A stretch of 64,000 bases of DNA, taken from assembly GCA_009693245.1 (NCBI GenBank), contig SHXO01000002.1:6280-70279 (forward strand), written 5' to 3'. Of the stretch, positions 44,404-53,855 are shown piece by piece. How positions within the stretch are numbered: the first letter of the stretch is position 1; the number at the start of each line of letters is the position of its first letter. A program made the position numbers and the translations under genes. This DNA comes from Betaproteobacteria bacterium (GTDB lineage Bacteria; Pseudomonadota; Gammaproteobacteria; Burkholderiales; SHXO01). Below the pieces are notes generated by a model. It was not told the DNA's origin, made no database searches, and saw nothing but the letters and a program-made list of their open reading frames with translations.

Positions 44404-45366
44404 ATGCTAAAGGATATTACCGTGCTGGTCAAACACTCAAACGATATCGTTCCCTCGGAAATTACGCCCAAGGCGCTCTATGAAGGAAGGCGCCAGTTCA
44501 TGCTCAAGAGCGGAGCCGCGCTCGTGGGTGCCTGGGGTTTAGCGGCTGCGCGCAACGATGCCTTCGCCGGCGTGAAACTGGCTGGCGTGAAGAAGAGCCA
44601 GTACACGGTGGCGGAAGCGCAGACTCCGCTAAAGGATGTCACCACCTATAACAACTTCTACGAATTCGGCACGGACAAGTCAGACCCCGCCGCCAATGCG
44701 CACACGTTGAATCCACGGCCGTGGACAGTATCCGTGGAAGGCGAAGTGAAGAAGGCGAAAACCTTCGGCATCGAGGAGTTGCTCAAGCTCGCACCTTTGG
44801 AAGAACGTGTCTACCGCCTGCGCTGCGTGGAGGGATGGTCCATGGTCATTCCCTGGGTAGGGTATTCGCTGGCGGAACTCATCAAGCAAGTGGAACCCAC
44901 TGGGAACGCCAAGTACGTGGAATTCGTTTCGCTCGCCGATCCCGCGCAGATGCCCGGGGTGAAGGACTCGGTCCTGAATTGGCCTTACACGGAGGGCTTG
45001 CGCATGGACGAGGCAGTGAACCCGCTCACGCTCTTGTGCATGGGACTCTACGGCGAAGCGCTGCCTAACCAGAACGGCGCGCCGGTGCGCGTGGTCATCC
45101 CATGGAAGTACGGTTTCAAAAGCGGAAAATCCATTGTGAAGATTCGCTTCGTGGAGAAGCAACCCACCACGGCCTGGATGGCCGCCATTCCCAGCGAGTA
45201 CGGCTTCTACTCCAACGTCAATCCGCAAGTGGATCATCCGCGCTGGAGCCAGGCGAAGGAACGGCGCATCGGCGAATTCGGCAAACGTCCCACGCTCATG
45301 TTCAACGGCTACGCCGACCAAGTGGGCAAGCTCTACGCCGGCATGGATCTCAAGAAATTTTTCTAG
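44404..45366 (+). CDS. msrP: protein-methionine-sulfoxide reductase catalytic subunit MsrP (YedY)
   Basis: 320-aa ORF with a Tat leader ([13 protein letters not shown]) and [11 protein letters not shown]...[14 protein letters not shown], the molybdopterin oxidoreductase fold. Confidence 0.93.
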   Translation: MLKDITVLVKHSNDIVPSEITPKALYEGRRQFMLKSGAALVGAWGLAAARNDAFAGVKLAGVKKSQYTVAEAQTPLKDVTTYNNFYEFGTDKSDPAANAHTLNPRPWTVSVEGEVKKAKTFGIEELLKLAPLEERVYRLRCVEGWSMVIPWVGYSLAELIKQVEPTGNAKYVEFVSLADPAQMPGVKDSVLNWPYTEGLRMDEAVNPLTLLCMGLYGEALPNQNGAPVRVVIPWKYGFKSGKSIVKIRFVEKQPTTAWMAAIPSEYGFYSNVNPQVDHPRWSQAKERRIGEFGKRPTLMFNGYADQVGKLYAGMDLKKFF

Positions 45367-45382
45367 GGCAATGCCAATGGAG

Positions 45383-45477
45383 TCCGTTCGCCCTGAGCTT
45401 GTCGAAGGGCGCTCTGCGCAACTCGCTGAAGTTAGAGGGTCCTCCGCTCATGCTTCGACAAGCTCAGCACGAACGGA
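45383..45477. repeat. inverted-repeat (REP/MITE-like) element in the msrP-msrQ spacer
   Basis: Arm tccgttcgccctgagcttgtcgaag (45383-45407) pairs with cttcgacaagctcagcacgaacgga (45453-45477). About 23 of 25 positions are complementary. Confidence 0.7.
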
Positions 45478-45501
45478 GGACTTAGTCAGGCTATTCCTAA
45501 C

Positions 45502-46149
45502 GTGAAGGCGCTGGCGCATATCAGCGCGGAAGACCTTCGCGCGATCAAGGCAGCCGTGTTTTTAGCCGCCCTGGTGCCTCTCGCGCGGCTGGCGTGGCTG
45601 GCGTGGCACGGCGGCTTGGGCGCCAATCCCATCGAGTACATCACTCGTTCGACAGGGTGGTGGACTCTGTCGTTCTTGCTCATCACCTTGAGCGTGACAC
45701 CCTTGCGGCGCTGGACAGGTTGGAACTGGCTCATCAAGTTGCGCCGTACGCTGGGGCTCCATGCTTTCTTTTATGGGCTGCTGCACTTCACCACCTATGT
45801 CTGGCTGGACCAATTATTTAGCTGGATGGATATCGCCAAGGACGTGGTGAAGCGCCCCTTCATCACGGTTGGATTCTCGGCCTTCGTCCTACTGATTCCG
45901 CTGGCTATCACCTCGACCAACGCCATGGTTCGCCGCTTGGGCTGGCGGCGCTGGCAGATGTTGCACCGGCTGGTCTATGTCATCGCCACTCTAGGCGCGG
46001 TCCATTTCTGGTGGCTGGTGAAGAAGGATATTCGCGAGCCATTGGTGTTTGCCGCGATCCTTGCTAGCCTTCTCCTTGCGCGCGCTTGGTTCGCGATGCG
46101 CAAGTCCGTTTCCGCTCCCGTGAAAACCTCTCGTTCGCAGGCGGCTTAA
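45502..46149 (+). CDS. msrQ: protein-methionine-sulfoxide reductase haem-binding subunit MsrQ (YedZ)
   Basis: 215-aa membrane protein of the ferric-reductase-like TM family, with conserved His residues. It is adjacent to msrP. Confidence 0.9.
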   Translation: MKALAHISAEDLRAIKAAVFLAALVPLARLAWLAWHGGLGANPIEYITRSTGWWTLSFLLITLSVTPLRRWTGWNWLIKLRRTLGLHAFFYGLLHFTTYVWLDQLFSWMDIAKDVVKRPFITVGFSAFVLLIPLAITSTNAMVRRLGWRRWQMLHRLVYVIATLGAVHFWWLVKKDIREPLVFAAILASLLLARAWFAMRKSVSAPVKTSRSQAA

Positions 46150-47285
46150 TGCAAATCGGCATTCCCAAGGAAACCAAGGACCAGGAGTTTCGCGTTGGAA
46201 TGATCCCCGCCGGGGTGGACGCGCTGGTGAAGGGCGGCCATGTCGTCCTCGTGCAATCTCGCGCGGGGGAACGGACGGGCTTCTCCGACGCGGATTATGA
46301 AGTCTCGGGCGCGCGCATCGTGACCTCCGCCCAGGAGATTTTCGCCAGCGATCTCGTGGTGAAGGTCAAGGAACTCCAGCCTCCCGAGTACCCTTTGTTG
46401 AGGCGCGGCCAGATCGTGTTTGCCTACCAGCAACTGGCACCCGACCCCAAGCTGCTGGACTGCGTGTTGCAAGCTGGAATATCGGCCATAGGCTATGAAA
46501 CCGTCGCGGACGAACGCGGCAATCTTCCTCTGTTGGCGCCCATGTCGCGCATCGCGGGGCGCATGTCGGTGCAAATCGGCGCATGGGCTTTGCAGATGAA
46601 CAATGGCGGAAGCGGCGTGTTGCTTCCCGGCGTGCCCGGCGTGCCACCCGCCAAGGTCGTGGTCATCGGCGCGGGTGCCGCCGGGAGCAATGCCGTACAA
46701 GTGGCCGCGGGCTTGGGCGCGGACGTGACGGTGTTCGATGTCAGCATCGACCGCTTGGCGCACATCGACGCGCTCTACCGCGGCGCTGTCAAGACCTGCT
46801 ACTCGATTCCACTACCGCTGGCGGAAGCCGTCGCGGATGCCGATCTCGTCATCGGCGCGCTACTGGTTCCGGGCAAGCTTGCACCCAAGGTCATCACGCG
46901 CGCCACGGTCGCCCGCATGCGCAAGGGGTCCGTCATCGTGGACATCGCCATCGACCAGGGCGGCATTTCAGAAACCTCTCGCATGACCTATCACTCCGCT
47001 CCTCTGTACGTGGAGGAGGGCGTGGTGCACTACTGCGTCCCCAACATTCCCGCCGCCTGCGGGCGTACGGCCACTCTCGCGCTAACGCAAGCGACGCTAC
47101 CCTATGCGCTGCGGCTCGCCAACCAGGGACTCATGGCCATGAAGGGCGATTTCGGTTTCGCCGCCGGGCTGCAAACGCACGACGGCCATGTCACTCACAA
47201 GGGTTTGGCGCAGGACACGCAGCGCCCACACCGGCCGTTCTCAGGCCTTGGCGCGGGTAGCGCAAAAGATTCCCAGAAGAATTAG
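46149..47285 (+). CDS. ald: alanine dehydrogenase
   Basis: MQIGIPKETKDQEFRVGMIP... with the NAD fold VVVIGAGAAGSNA. Its ATG overlaps the msrQ stop (TAATG). Length is 378 aa. Confidence 0.93.
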   Translation: MQIGIPKETKDQEFRVGMIPAGVDALVKGGHVVLVQSRAGERTGFSDADYEVSGARIVTSAQEIFASDLVVKVKELQPPEYPLLRRGQIVFAYQQLAPDPKLLDCVLQAGISAIGYETVADERGNLPLLAPMSRIAGRMSVQIGAWALQMNNGGSGVLLPGVPGVPPAKVVVIGAGAAGSNAVQVAAGLGADVTVFDVSIDRLAHIDALYRGAVKTCYSIPLPLAEAVADADLVIGALLVPGKLAPKVITRATVARMRKGSVIVDIAIDQGGISETSRMTYHSAPLYVEEGVVHYCVPNIPAACGRTATLALTQATLPYALRLANQGLMAMKGDFGFAAGLQTHDGHVTHKGLAQDTQRPHRPFSGLGAGSAKDSQKN

Positions 47286-48128
47286 CGCGAAGGCCGCGCC
47301 TTGAATCCAGTCCACGGATTCGCCGAAAAGAAAAAAAGCCAGCAAGGCCGAACCCACCGGTTCTCCCAGGATGGAGAGCGCCACAAAGGTCGCGGAAACT
47401 TGGCGCACCGACCAGTTGAGCAGCGTGTGCCCGAGCAACTGCGGGCCCAAGGCTAGACCCAATATGCATAGATAGGCTGCCGGCGTGAAACCGGCCACGC
47501 CCGTGCCGCTCACCAGCGCGGCCGCGAAGAGCATGATGGCCGCCGCGCCGTAGGCGAGCCAGATGTAGGCCAGCAGGGAAAGGCGTGTACGTAAAGATCT
47601 GCCGATGATGAGATAGGCACTGGCGCACAGAGCGCCGGTCAAGGCGAGCGTATTTCCCAGCATCGGGTTGGCGGCGCGTTGCGAGGAGGCTTCCGGGCCG
47701 GCCAGGAACATGGTCACGGTGCCAAGCGTTGCGAGGCCGATGCCCAGCACCACCAGCAAGGCGAGCCGCTCCCGAAGAAAAAGCACCGATGCCAGCCCCA
47801 CCCACAGCGGATTGGTGGTGACGAGTGCCGTGCTGCTCGCCACGGAAGTGTGTTCCAGGGATGTGATCCACGAGCCGAAATGCACCGCGAGAAAGGCGCC
47901 CGAAAGGAGCGAGAGACCGGCGTCTCTTGCGCTCAGCGAGCGAAGTTCCGCACCGGCGTGGTGCCATGCGATGGGAGTCAATATCAACGAGGCCACGCCG
48001 AGGCGCCAAGCGGCGATGGCCATGGATGTGGCGCCCTCTGCCTGGGCTATGCGGATGAGAATGGCGGCGGTGGATACGACGAGAACTCCGGTGGCGAGTC
48101 CGCCATACGCCATGGCGCGATTATTCAT
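47241..48128 (-). CDS. EamA/DMT-family transporter
   Basis: I place the start at MNNRAMAYGG (48128). There are about 10 TM helices in two EamA-like halves. The longer track ORF would overlap the upstream gene. Confidence 0.85.
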   Translation of the reverse strand: MNNRAMAYGGLATGVLVVSTAAILIRIAQAEGATSMAIAAWRLGVASLILTPIAWHHAGAELRSLSARDAGLSLLSGAFLAVHFGSWITSLEHTSVASSTALVTTNPLWVGLASVLFLRERLALLVVLGIGLATLGTVTMFLAGPEASSQRAANPMLGNTLALTGALCASAYLIIGRSLRTRLSLLAYIWLAYGAAAIMLFAAALVSGTGVAGFTPAAYLCILGLALGPQLLGHTLLNWSVRQVSATFVALSILGEPVGSALLAFFLFGESVDWIQGAAFALILLGIFCATRAKA

Positions 48129-48168
48129 GCCCTCGTTCAAATCAGCGCGCCCACGCGCCCACTGGTGT

Positions 48169-48627
48169 CTAGTGCAGCTGCCCTGGCGGTACTGGCGCCA
48201 TGGGGAGCGCCATGACATCGATCCCTTCTTCTTTAAGTTCCTTCGCTTGTTCGACAGTAGCTTGGCCGCGAATAGCGCGTTCGGGAGCTTCACGGTAGTG
48301 AATGCGGCGCGCCTCATCGGGAAACTTCTTGCCCACGTCCTCGGTGTTCTTGAGCATGTAATCTAGCACCTTGGCGCGCAGTTCGCGAAGTGCTTCTTCG
48401 GGGAAGCGCGCGAGATTACGGGGACCATCGTTCTCCCGCTTCTCGCCGCTCTGGCTGGAACTGCAACGGCCGATGTTGGGCGCCGAGGGCTGCTTGACGA
48501 CTCCGTTGGAACCGCACACGGGACAGCTCACGGACAGAGCTTGCGCCTGCTCGTCGAATACTTCCGGCGAGGCAAACCACCCCTCGAAGGAATGGCTGTT
48601 GGTGCAGGCTAAGTTATATACGACCAT
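48169..48627 (-). CDS. DUF1178 family zinc-ribbon protein
   Basis: MVVYNLACTNSHSFEGWFASPEVFDEQAQALSVSCPVCGS... is the typical DUF1178 N-terminus. Length is 152 aa. Confidence 0.75.
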   Translation of the reverse strand: MVVYNLACTNSHSFEGWFASPEVFDEQAQALSVSCPVCGSNGVVKQPSAPNIGRCSSSQSGEKRENDGPRNLARFPEEALRELRAKVLDYMLKNTEDVGKKFPDEARRIHYREAPERAIRGQATVEQAKELKEEGIDVMALPMAPVPPGQLH

Positions 48628-48720
48628 GGGACGATCTCTTATTCTCGTTAATCTCGTATCACTCTACTGTTGGCAACCTTGGAGAAGAATTTGATCCGCC
48701 AAAGCTCCGTCCAGGGGATT

Positions 48721-48780
48721 AACAAGGGGCCACCCCTTGTTCCTTCCTGGGGGATAAACAAGGGGAGCTCTCCCCTTGTT
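48721..48780. repeat. two tandem near-identical perfect hairpins
   Basis: aacaagggg-cca-ccccttgtt (48721-48741) and aacaagggga-gctc-tccccttgtt (48757-48780). Each is preceded by gggat(t/a)a. Confidence 0.7.
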
Positions 48781-49182
48781 CGTAGCATGAATTTTGTCCG
48801 GCACAACAGTCACCCTTTTTGGTTTCAGCTGCGCCCGCTTAAGACTCACTCCGCCGGGGATTGTGCCCCAGCTCACAGAGGCGCGCAAACGCTTCCGTAA
48901 AGGTTGAGCAATCCGTGGTCCAAATGACCAACAGAAATGCTGCCGGCCCCATGTGGCATGCCGCTGGGAACGTAAGGCCTTGATTGGTCCGAACAAGTGC
49001 CTCTGGACTTGCACGCCCGGGGGCGCCATGCCCGGGCTTGCGCATCCTCTAGATTGCCGAGATTTCGGTTCCGGCGTAGATATTTCTCTTAATTTAAGGC
49101 GGCGCTAACGAGGGGAATTATTTGGTATCTCGTCACAGGCGAACGACAACAACATTCCACGATATTGAAGGGGGCTAGGATC

Positions 49183-49650
49183 ATGAGGAGGGTATTGGTA
49201 GCGGTGGATGGTTCCAAGAGTTCGGACCGCGCGGTGGAGGAAGCGGTCAAGACGGTCAAGCACGGGACCAATGCCTAAGTGCATCTGGTCAATGTACAAC
49301 CCAGGGTCTTGAGCGACGATGCGCTAATCGGTTTACGAAAGGAAGACATCGAGCGCTATTACTACGAGCAAAGCTCCAAGGCGCTGTCCTGGGCGGAAAA
49401 AATACTGCGCGAGAACAGCGTGCCGTTCACTTCTCACCGCATCGTGGGCCCGGCCGCGCAGAGCATCGTCGCGCAAGCGCGCGACCTTCAATGCGACGCC
49501 ATCGTGATGGGTACGCGAGGGCTAAGCCGCATCAACGGATTGAGCTTAGGCTCGGTGTCCATGAAGGTATTGCACTTATCCGACCGTCCGGTGACGCTCG
49601 TACGGGGCGACCCTCCCGTGGAATTCAGCGGACGTTTGAGCGCGAGTTAG
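49183..49650 (+). pseudogene. universal stress protein (UspA family) with an in-frame TAA at codon 32
   Basis: ATG 49183 (RBS agga) gives MRRVLVAVDGSKSSDRAVEEAVKTVKHGTNA-TAA(49276-49278)-VHLVNVQPRV...AIVMGTRGLSRINGLSLGSVSMKVLHLSDRPVTLVR. The track lists only the 3' part, from GTG 49279. Confidence 0.8.
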
Positions 49651-50857
49651 GGTCGGCTGACAACCCTAGAGCTCCAGAATCCAACGCGTGACAGCGCCGG
49701 TTTCCTCCTTGCTCAGACTCGCCTTGACGTGGCCCTCTTCGGCTTTGGACAAGGTAATGATGCGATAGCGCTCGCGGTGCGGCTTGACCCCCAGGTCAAG
49801 GGCACCGCGAGGTGCGCTACGGGCGCCGCCACTATGTTATTGATCGATGGTGGGGAAAGATCGATTGCGCGCGCAAGATCATGGATTTCGAGAATCAAGT
49901 TAAGGTGAAGATGGATTTTGGGAATGTGTGGCCATCATACTGAGTTGCTAACCCATAAGGATTGAGGCGACGCGAAGCGTCGTTTCAATCCGCAGTTCAA
50001 GAAGCCCCGGGGGCGGACGGCGGTGTGTATTTGGGCGCGAGCCCGCCGAGCTGCTCGGCGCCGGATGAAGGAAGGAAAAGCAAACCAGCGGTTTGCGGAA
50101 GAGTGTGGTTCTTGGGTTTGGTTTGTGATTTGGTTTGGGTGTGGCTTTGGATGTTGACGTGCCCTCCCCTTCTGAACCGCCGAGTAACGCAGGAGCGAAG
50201 GGGGATGTCGCCGAGGACTGTTCGACGGCCGCGCGCTTTTTGCGCGGACTAGTTCCGCAGGCGCCCATCGCTTCGAGTAACGCAGGGTACCCTGCAAGGG
50301 GCGGGGCAGTAGGGGCGGCCTTTTTTCGCTTACCTTTTTTGGCCGCGCAAAAAAGGTGAGTAGCTGCCGGGCTACCCCCGGCGACTTTTCTATCCTGGTA
50401 GATTAACTAATCAGACGCACAGTCCGAGACTAATCAATACGGCGCCCCCATCCCAACCTTCCCCCGCAAGCAGGGGAAGGAGCAAACAAGCGGTCATCGG
50501 CATTGGCAGCGAATGGTCACGCAGAGCTTGATCAGGCGAAAGTTACTCCAAGGCGCGGCGGAAAATCAGCGCGCAGCCATGCCGTCTTTCTAGTGCTCGC
50601 ACAGCCCTCGCGCAAGAACATGCGACAAGGAAGAACAAGGGAGCGTGTATACATATCCGGCACTTTGACGGTAAGAATGCTGCCCGTTTATGCAGCGAAG
50701 GCACGACAGATTCTCGCCCCGCGCGATTAGCGCTTATGCTTTAGCGGCTTCAAGAACCCCCAGCGATGGTCACGCGATTCTCATTGCCGCGCCGGAAGCC
50801 TGGATGCTTTCCCGGGGCCCTGGAAGAGACTCCACGGCGCGCGCGTCGCGAATTGCG

Positions 50858-50957
50858 GCCATGAACCTGTAGTGGCGTCTTTTCCCTCATCCCCATCCCT
50901 TCTCCCACGGGGAAAAGGGAGCGTCGTGCTCTCCGCCCGAGCGGAGAGGTTCATGGC
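50858..50957. repeat. MITE-like 100-bp element bounded by an 11-bp inverted repeat
   Basis: gccatgaacct (50858-50868) pairs with aggttcatggc (50947-50957). These enclose a REP-like core and a perfect hairpin ctctccgc-ccga-gcggagag (50929-50948). Confidence 0.5.
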
Positions 50958-51219
50958 TAGGTGCGCGCACCACTTGCGAGTCGCATGCCTGGCTGCGAGA
51001 CGTCCAAACCTATCCTTCGCAGGGTCAACCGCCAAAGCCCCGCAAGCGAGTGATCGCCATGGGAGATAGGCGCGGCTGCTCTTCATAGTGCAATGAGCCA
51101 CCGCCTGCCGCACGTGAGCCAAAACCATGGATAATTGCCGGAGTTACAGGGGCCGTAAAAAGAGTGAGGGGGCAGCAGGTGGCAGGCAAGGATTTATCGG
51201 CGGGGGAGCGGGTCGTCCA

Positions 51220-51981
51220 ATGGCCGTAGTCGCAGTGTTCAACCAAAAGGGCGGCGTTGGAAAGACCACGACCACGCTGAATATCGCGGCCTGCTTGGCG
51301 GCCGAGCATCGCGCGCCCTTGCTGCTGGATACGGACCCGCAGGCGCACCTCACCTTGGCCTTCGGAATACGCAATGTGCCGGGGGATAAGAGTCTTTACA
51401 GTTTCTTCCAGAACGGGAAGTCCCTTGAATCCCTGATCATGCGGCAACCCTCGGAGATCAGGCTCATTCCCTCCTCGCCCGAGTTGTCCAAGATCTATGC
51501 CTTGTTTGGCAATGATCCTTCCATAGCCAGGCGGCTCAAGGAAGGGATGGACAAAATGCCGGCGCAAGCGCGCTCGACGGCCCTGATCGATTGCTGCCCC
51601 ATGCTCGGGGTGCTGACCTTGAATTCGCTGCTTGCCGCCGACCGCGTGCTCATGCCAGTGTCGGCGGACTACCTATCGCTGGAAAGTATTCACAAGCTCA
51701 AGCTCGCCTTGGATGTGCTGGAGACCAGCTTGGGCCGAAAATTCCTGCGCCGCGTGGTGGTGACCAGTTTCGATGGGCGGCGTAAGCTCTCGCACGAGAT
51801 TCTGCGCAGGCTCAACGAAGCCTTCGGCGAGCAGGTATGCCGGAGCGTGATCAAGGAAAATGTTCATCTTGCGGAGAGCCCCATGCACGGCAAGGATGTA
51901 CTGGCCTTCGCGCCGTGGAGCCAAGGCGCGGCGGATTACCGCGCGGTGACCGAGGAACTGGAGCAGTGCAACTTCTTATGA
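51220..51981 (+). CDS. ParA/MinD-family P-loop ATPase (orphan)
   Basis: MAVVAVFNQKGGVGKTTTTLNIAA carries the deviant Walker A with the signature Lys. Length is 253 aa. No parB or parS is recognisable nearby. Confidence 0.88.
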   Translation: MAVVAVFNQKGGVGKTTTTLNIAACLAAEHRAPLLLDTDPQAHLTLAFGIRNVPGDKSLYSFFQNGKSLESLIMRQPSEIRLIPSSPELSKIYALFGNDPSIARRLKEGMDKMPAQARSTALIDCCPMLGVLTLNSLLAADRVLMPVSADYLSLESIHKLKLALDVLETSLGRKFLRRVVVTSFDGRRKLSHEILRRLNEAFGEQVCRSVIKENVHLAESPMHGKDVLAFAPWSQGAADYRAVTEELEQCNFL

Positions 51982-51991
51982 GAGGCTAGTT

Positions 51992-52462
51992 ATGATGACA
52001 GGGGTACGTACTATTGTGCTGGTGGTGGCTGCCTTGGTGGCCGCCGTGATGGTAGCGCCTAGTGCCCGCGCCAATTTGGGCGGCGACGAGGCCGAGAGCA
52101 CCGACGTGAATTTCCAGTCTGGGAAGGAAGCGATTCAAAAGCAAGACTGGAAGAAAGCCGTGGCGTTCCTGGAGAAGGCGGTGGCCGCCGACCCGAACAA
52201 CGCCGATGCCAGAAATTTTCTGGGCTATTCGTTCCGCAAGCTCGGGGACTTGAACATGGCCTTCCAGCACTACCAGGAAGCCCTGAGGTTGAACCCCAAG
52301 CATAAACCCGCGCACGAGTACATCGGCGAGGCCTATCTGATGGCTGGGAAACTCAAGGAAGCGGAGCAACATCTGGCTGAGCTGAACCGCTTGTGCTCGC
52401 CCATTCCATGCGAGGAGCAAAAGATGCTGAAGCTCGCCATCGAGGACCACAAGAAGAAGTAA
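51992..52462 (+). CDS. secreted tetratricopeptide-repeat (TPR) protein
   Basis: 156-aa ORF with a signal peptide (...VMVAPSARA) and TPR-like repeats (AVAADPNNADARNFLGYSFRKLGDLNMAFQHYQEALRLNP). It lies 10 nt after the parA-like gene. Confidence 0.7.
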   Translation: MMTGVRTIVLVVAALVAAVMVAPSARANLGGDEAESTDVNFQSGKEAIQKQDWKKAVAFLEKAVAADPNNADARNFLGYSFRKLGDLNMAFQHYQEALRLNPKHKPAHEYIGEAYLMAGKLKEAEQHLAELNRLCSPIPCEEQKMLKLAIEDHKKK

Positions 52463-53098
52463 TTGAGCTACCGGGCTGTATTGTGGGATTTCGGTGGCGT
52501 CATCACCACCAGTCCCTTCGAGGCGTTTTCCCGCTTCGAGCGTGAAAGAAATCTACCCGAGGGTTTACTACGACGGATCAATTCCACCAATCCCGGTGAC
52601 AATGCCTGGGCGCGCTTCGAACGCGGCGAATTGAGCCATGCGCAATTCGACGACGCCTTCGGCGAGGAAGCATTGGCCTTGGGTTATCGCGTGCGCGGGG
52701 CGCAAGTCGCGCAGTTACTCCACGGCGAGATCCGCCCGCAAATGGTGGAAGCGCTCAAGCACCTGCGGGGGCGCTTTCGCACCGCTTGTGTCACCAACAA
52801 TTTCAGCGCCAATATGCCTGTAAGAGAGGAGCGGGCGCGCGAAATCGAACGGGTCATGGGCCTCTTCGATCTGGTCATCGAATCGAGCAAGGTGGGCGTG
52901 CGAAAACCCGAGCTTCGTTTCTATGAACTGGCCATCGCGGCCGTGGATGTACCGGCGCGGGGGATCGTCTATCTAGACGACTTGGGGATTAATCTGAAAC
53001 CGGCGCGGGCCTTGGGCATGACCACCATCAAGGTCACCGATCCCGATAGCGCTCTCGCTGAGTTGGAAACCGTGCTGGGAATCGGTCTTACGAAGTAG
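52463..53098 (+). CDS. HAD-superfamily hydrolase (epoxide hydrolase N-terminal-domain-like phosphatase)
   Basis: It starts at TTG directly after the TPR stop. HAD motif I is WDFGGVIT and the later motif is YLDDLGINL. Length is 211 aa. Confidence 0.8.
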   Translation: MSYRAVLWDFGGVITTSPFEAFSRFERERNLPEGLLRRINSTNPGDNAWARFERGELSHAQFDDAFGEEALALGYRVRGAQVAQLLHGEIRPQMVEALKHLRGRFRTACVTNNFSANMPVREERAREIERVMGLFDLVIESSKVGVRKPELRFYELAIAAVDVPARGIVYLDDLGINLKPARALGMTTIKVTDPDSALAELETVLGIGLTK

Positions 53099-53855
53099 TT
53101 TGGCGCGGCTTGCGCGGTGCCTTGGCGAATAACCGGTCGTAGAGAGCTCCGGGCAAGGCTCTCAGCAACACGCTCACGGCAGCCATCTGCCACGGAACCA
53201 CCGCGAGACGCGCATCGCGATCGATACACCGTGCCATGTGCCGCGCGGTTTCCGCGGGCTCCAGCAAGAACGGCATGGGATAAGGATTACGCTTGGTCAT
53301 GGGAGTATCGATGTACCCAGGACACAAGGTGATGACTTTAACGCCCGTGCTTCGCAGCTCGGCGCGCAAGCTCTCCAAATAGGTAATGGCGGCCGCCTTG
53401 GACGCACTATACGCACTCGATCCGGGTAGGCCGCGAAACCCCGCCACGCTGGCAATGCCAACGAGCTTGCCCGCTTTCGCTTGCGGCATGGCGGGCAAGA
53501 ACGCTTGGAAGGTGTTCACCATGCCCAGCATGTTCGTATCGAACACTTCGCGAAACACCCGCGCATCCTCGCTGTGTTCGGTGGCGGTACCCGTACTCAC
53601 GCCAGCGTTGGCGATAACGATATCCGCCACGCCGTGGCGTGCGAGGAACGCCTCTCCAGCCGCTTGCACCGCCGAGAAATCACGCACGTCGCACGGATAG
53701 ACGGAGCAAGGAACGCCCAGGGATTGGGCCAAGGCGTTGAGCGCGGGTTCGCGGCGGCCATGCAATCCCAATTCGCAACTAGGGTAATGGCGCGCGTAGT
53801 AACGCGCGAAGGCCTCGCCAATGCCGCTTGAAGCGCCGGTGATGAAGACCTTCAC
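53088..53855 (-). CDS. SDR-family oxidoreductase
   Basis: 255-aa ORF with ITGASSGIGEAFA, NAG and YSASKAA motifs. Confidence 0.9.
   Translation of the reverse strand: MKVFITGASSGIGEAFARYYARHYPSCELGLHGRREPALNALAQSLGVPCSVYPCDVRDFSAVQAAGEAFLARHGVADIVIANAGVSTGTATEHSEDARVFREVFDTNMLGMVNTFQAFLPAMPQAKAGKLVGIASVAGFRGLPGSSAYSASKAAAITYLESLRAELRSTGVKVITLCPGYIDTPMTKRNPYPMPFLLEPAETARHMARCIDRDARLAVVPWQMAAVSVLLRALPGALYDRLFAKAPRKPRQTTS

Noticed and set aside
48940-48960. Sigma-54 promoter-like tggcatgccgctggg upstream of usp.
   Set aside because: The -24 GG is present, but the -12 TGC element is missing at the right spacing.
49959-50010. CRISPR-repeat-like sequence (…gtttcaatccgcagttc…).
   Set aside because: It is a single copy with no spaced repeats or cas genes in the window. 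It is better described as one arm of a local hairpin.
51220-52462. McdA/McdB-type carboxysome positioning pair.
   Set aside because: No carboxysome or RuBisCO genes lie nearby. The partner has a signal peptide and TPR repeats rather than the disordered, Trp-terminated McdB character.
52460-52465. TPR and HAD ORFs share one frame, separated only by TAA, so this might be another nonsense-split gene.
   Set aside because: The HAD N-terminus (SYRAVLWDFGGV) starts exactly where HAD proteins normally begin, and a secreted-TPR/HAD fusion is implausible. A TTG start directly after the stop is the simpler reading.
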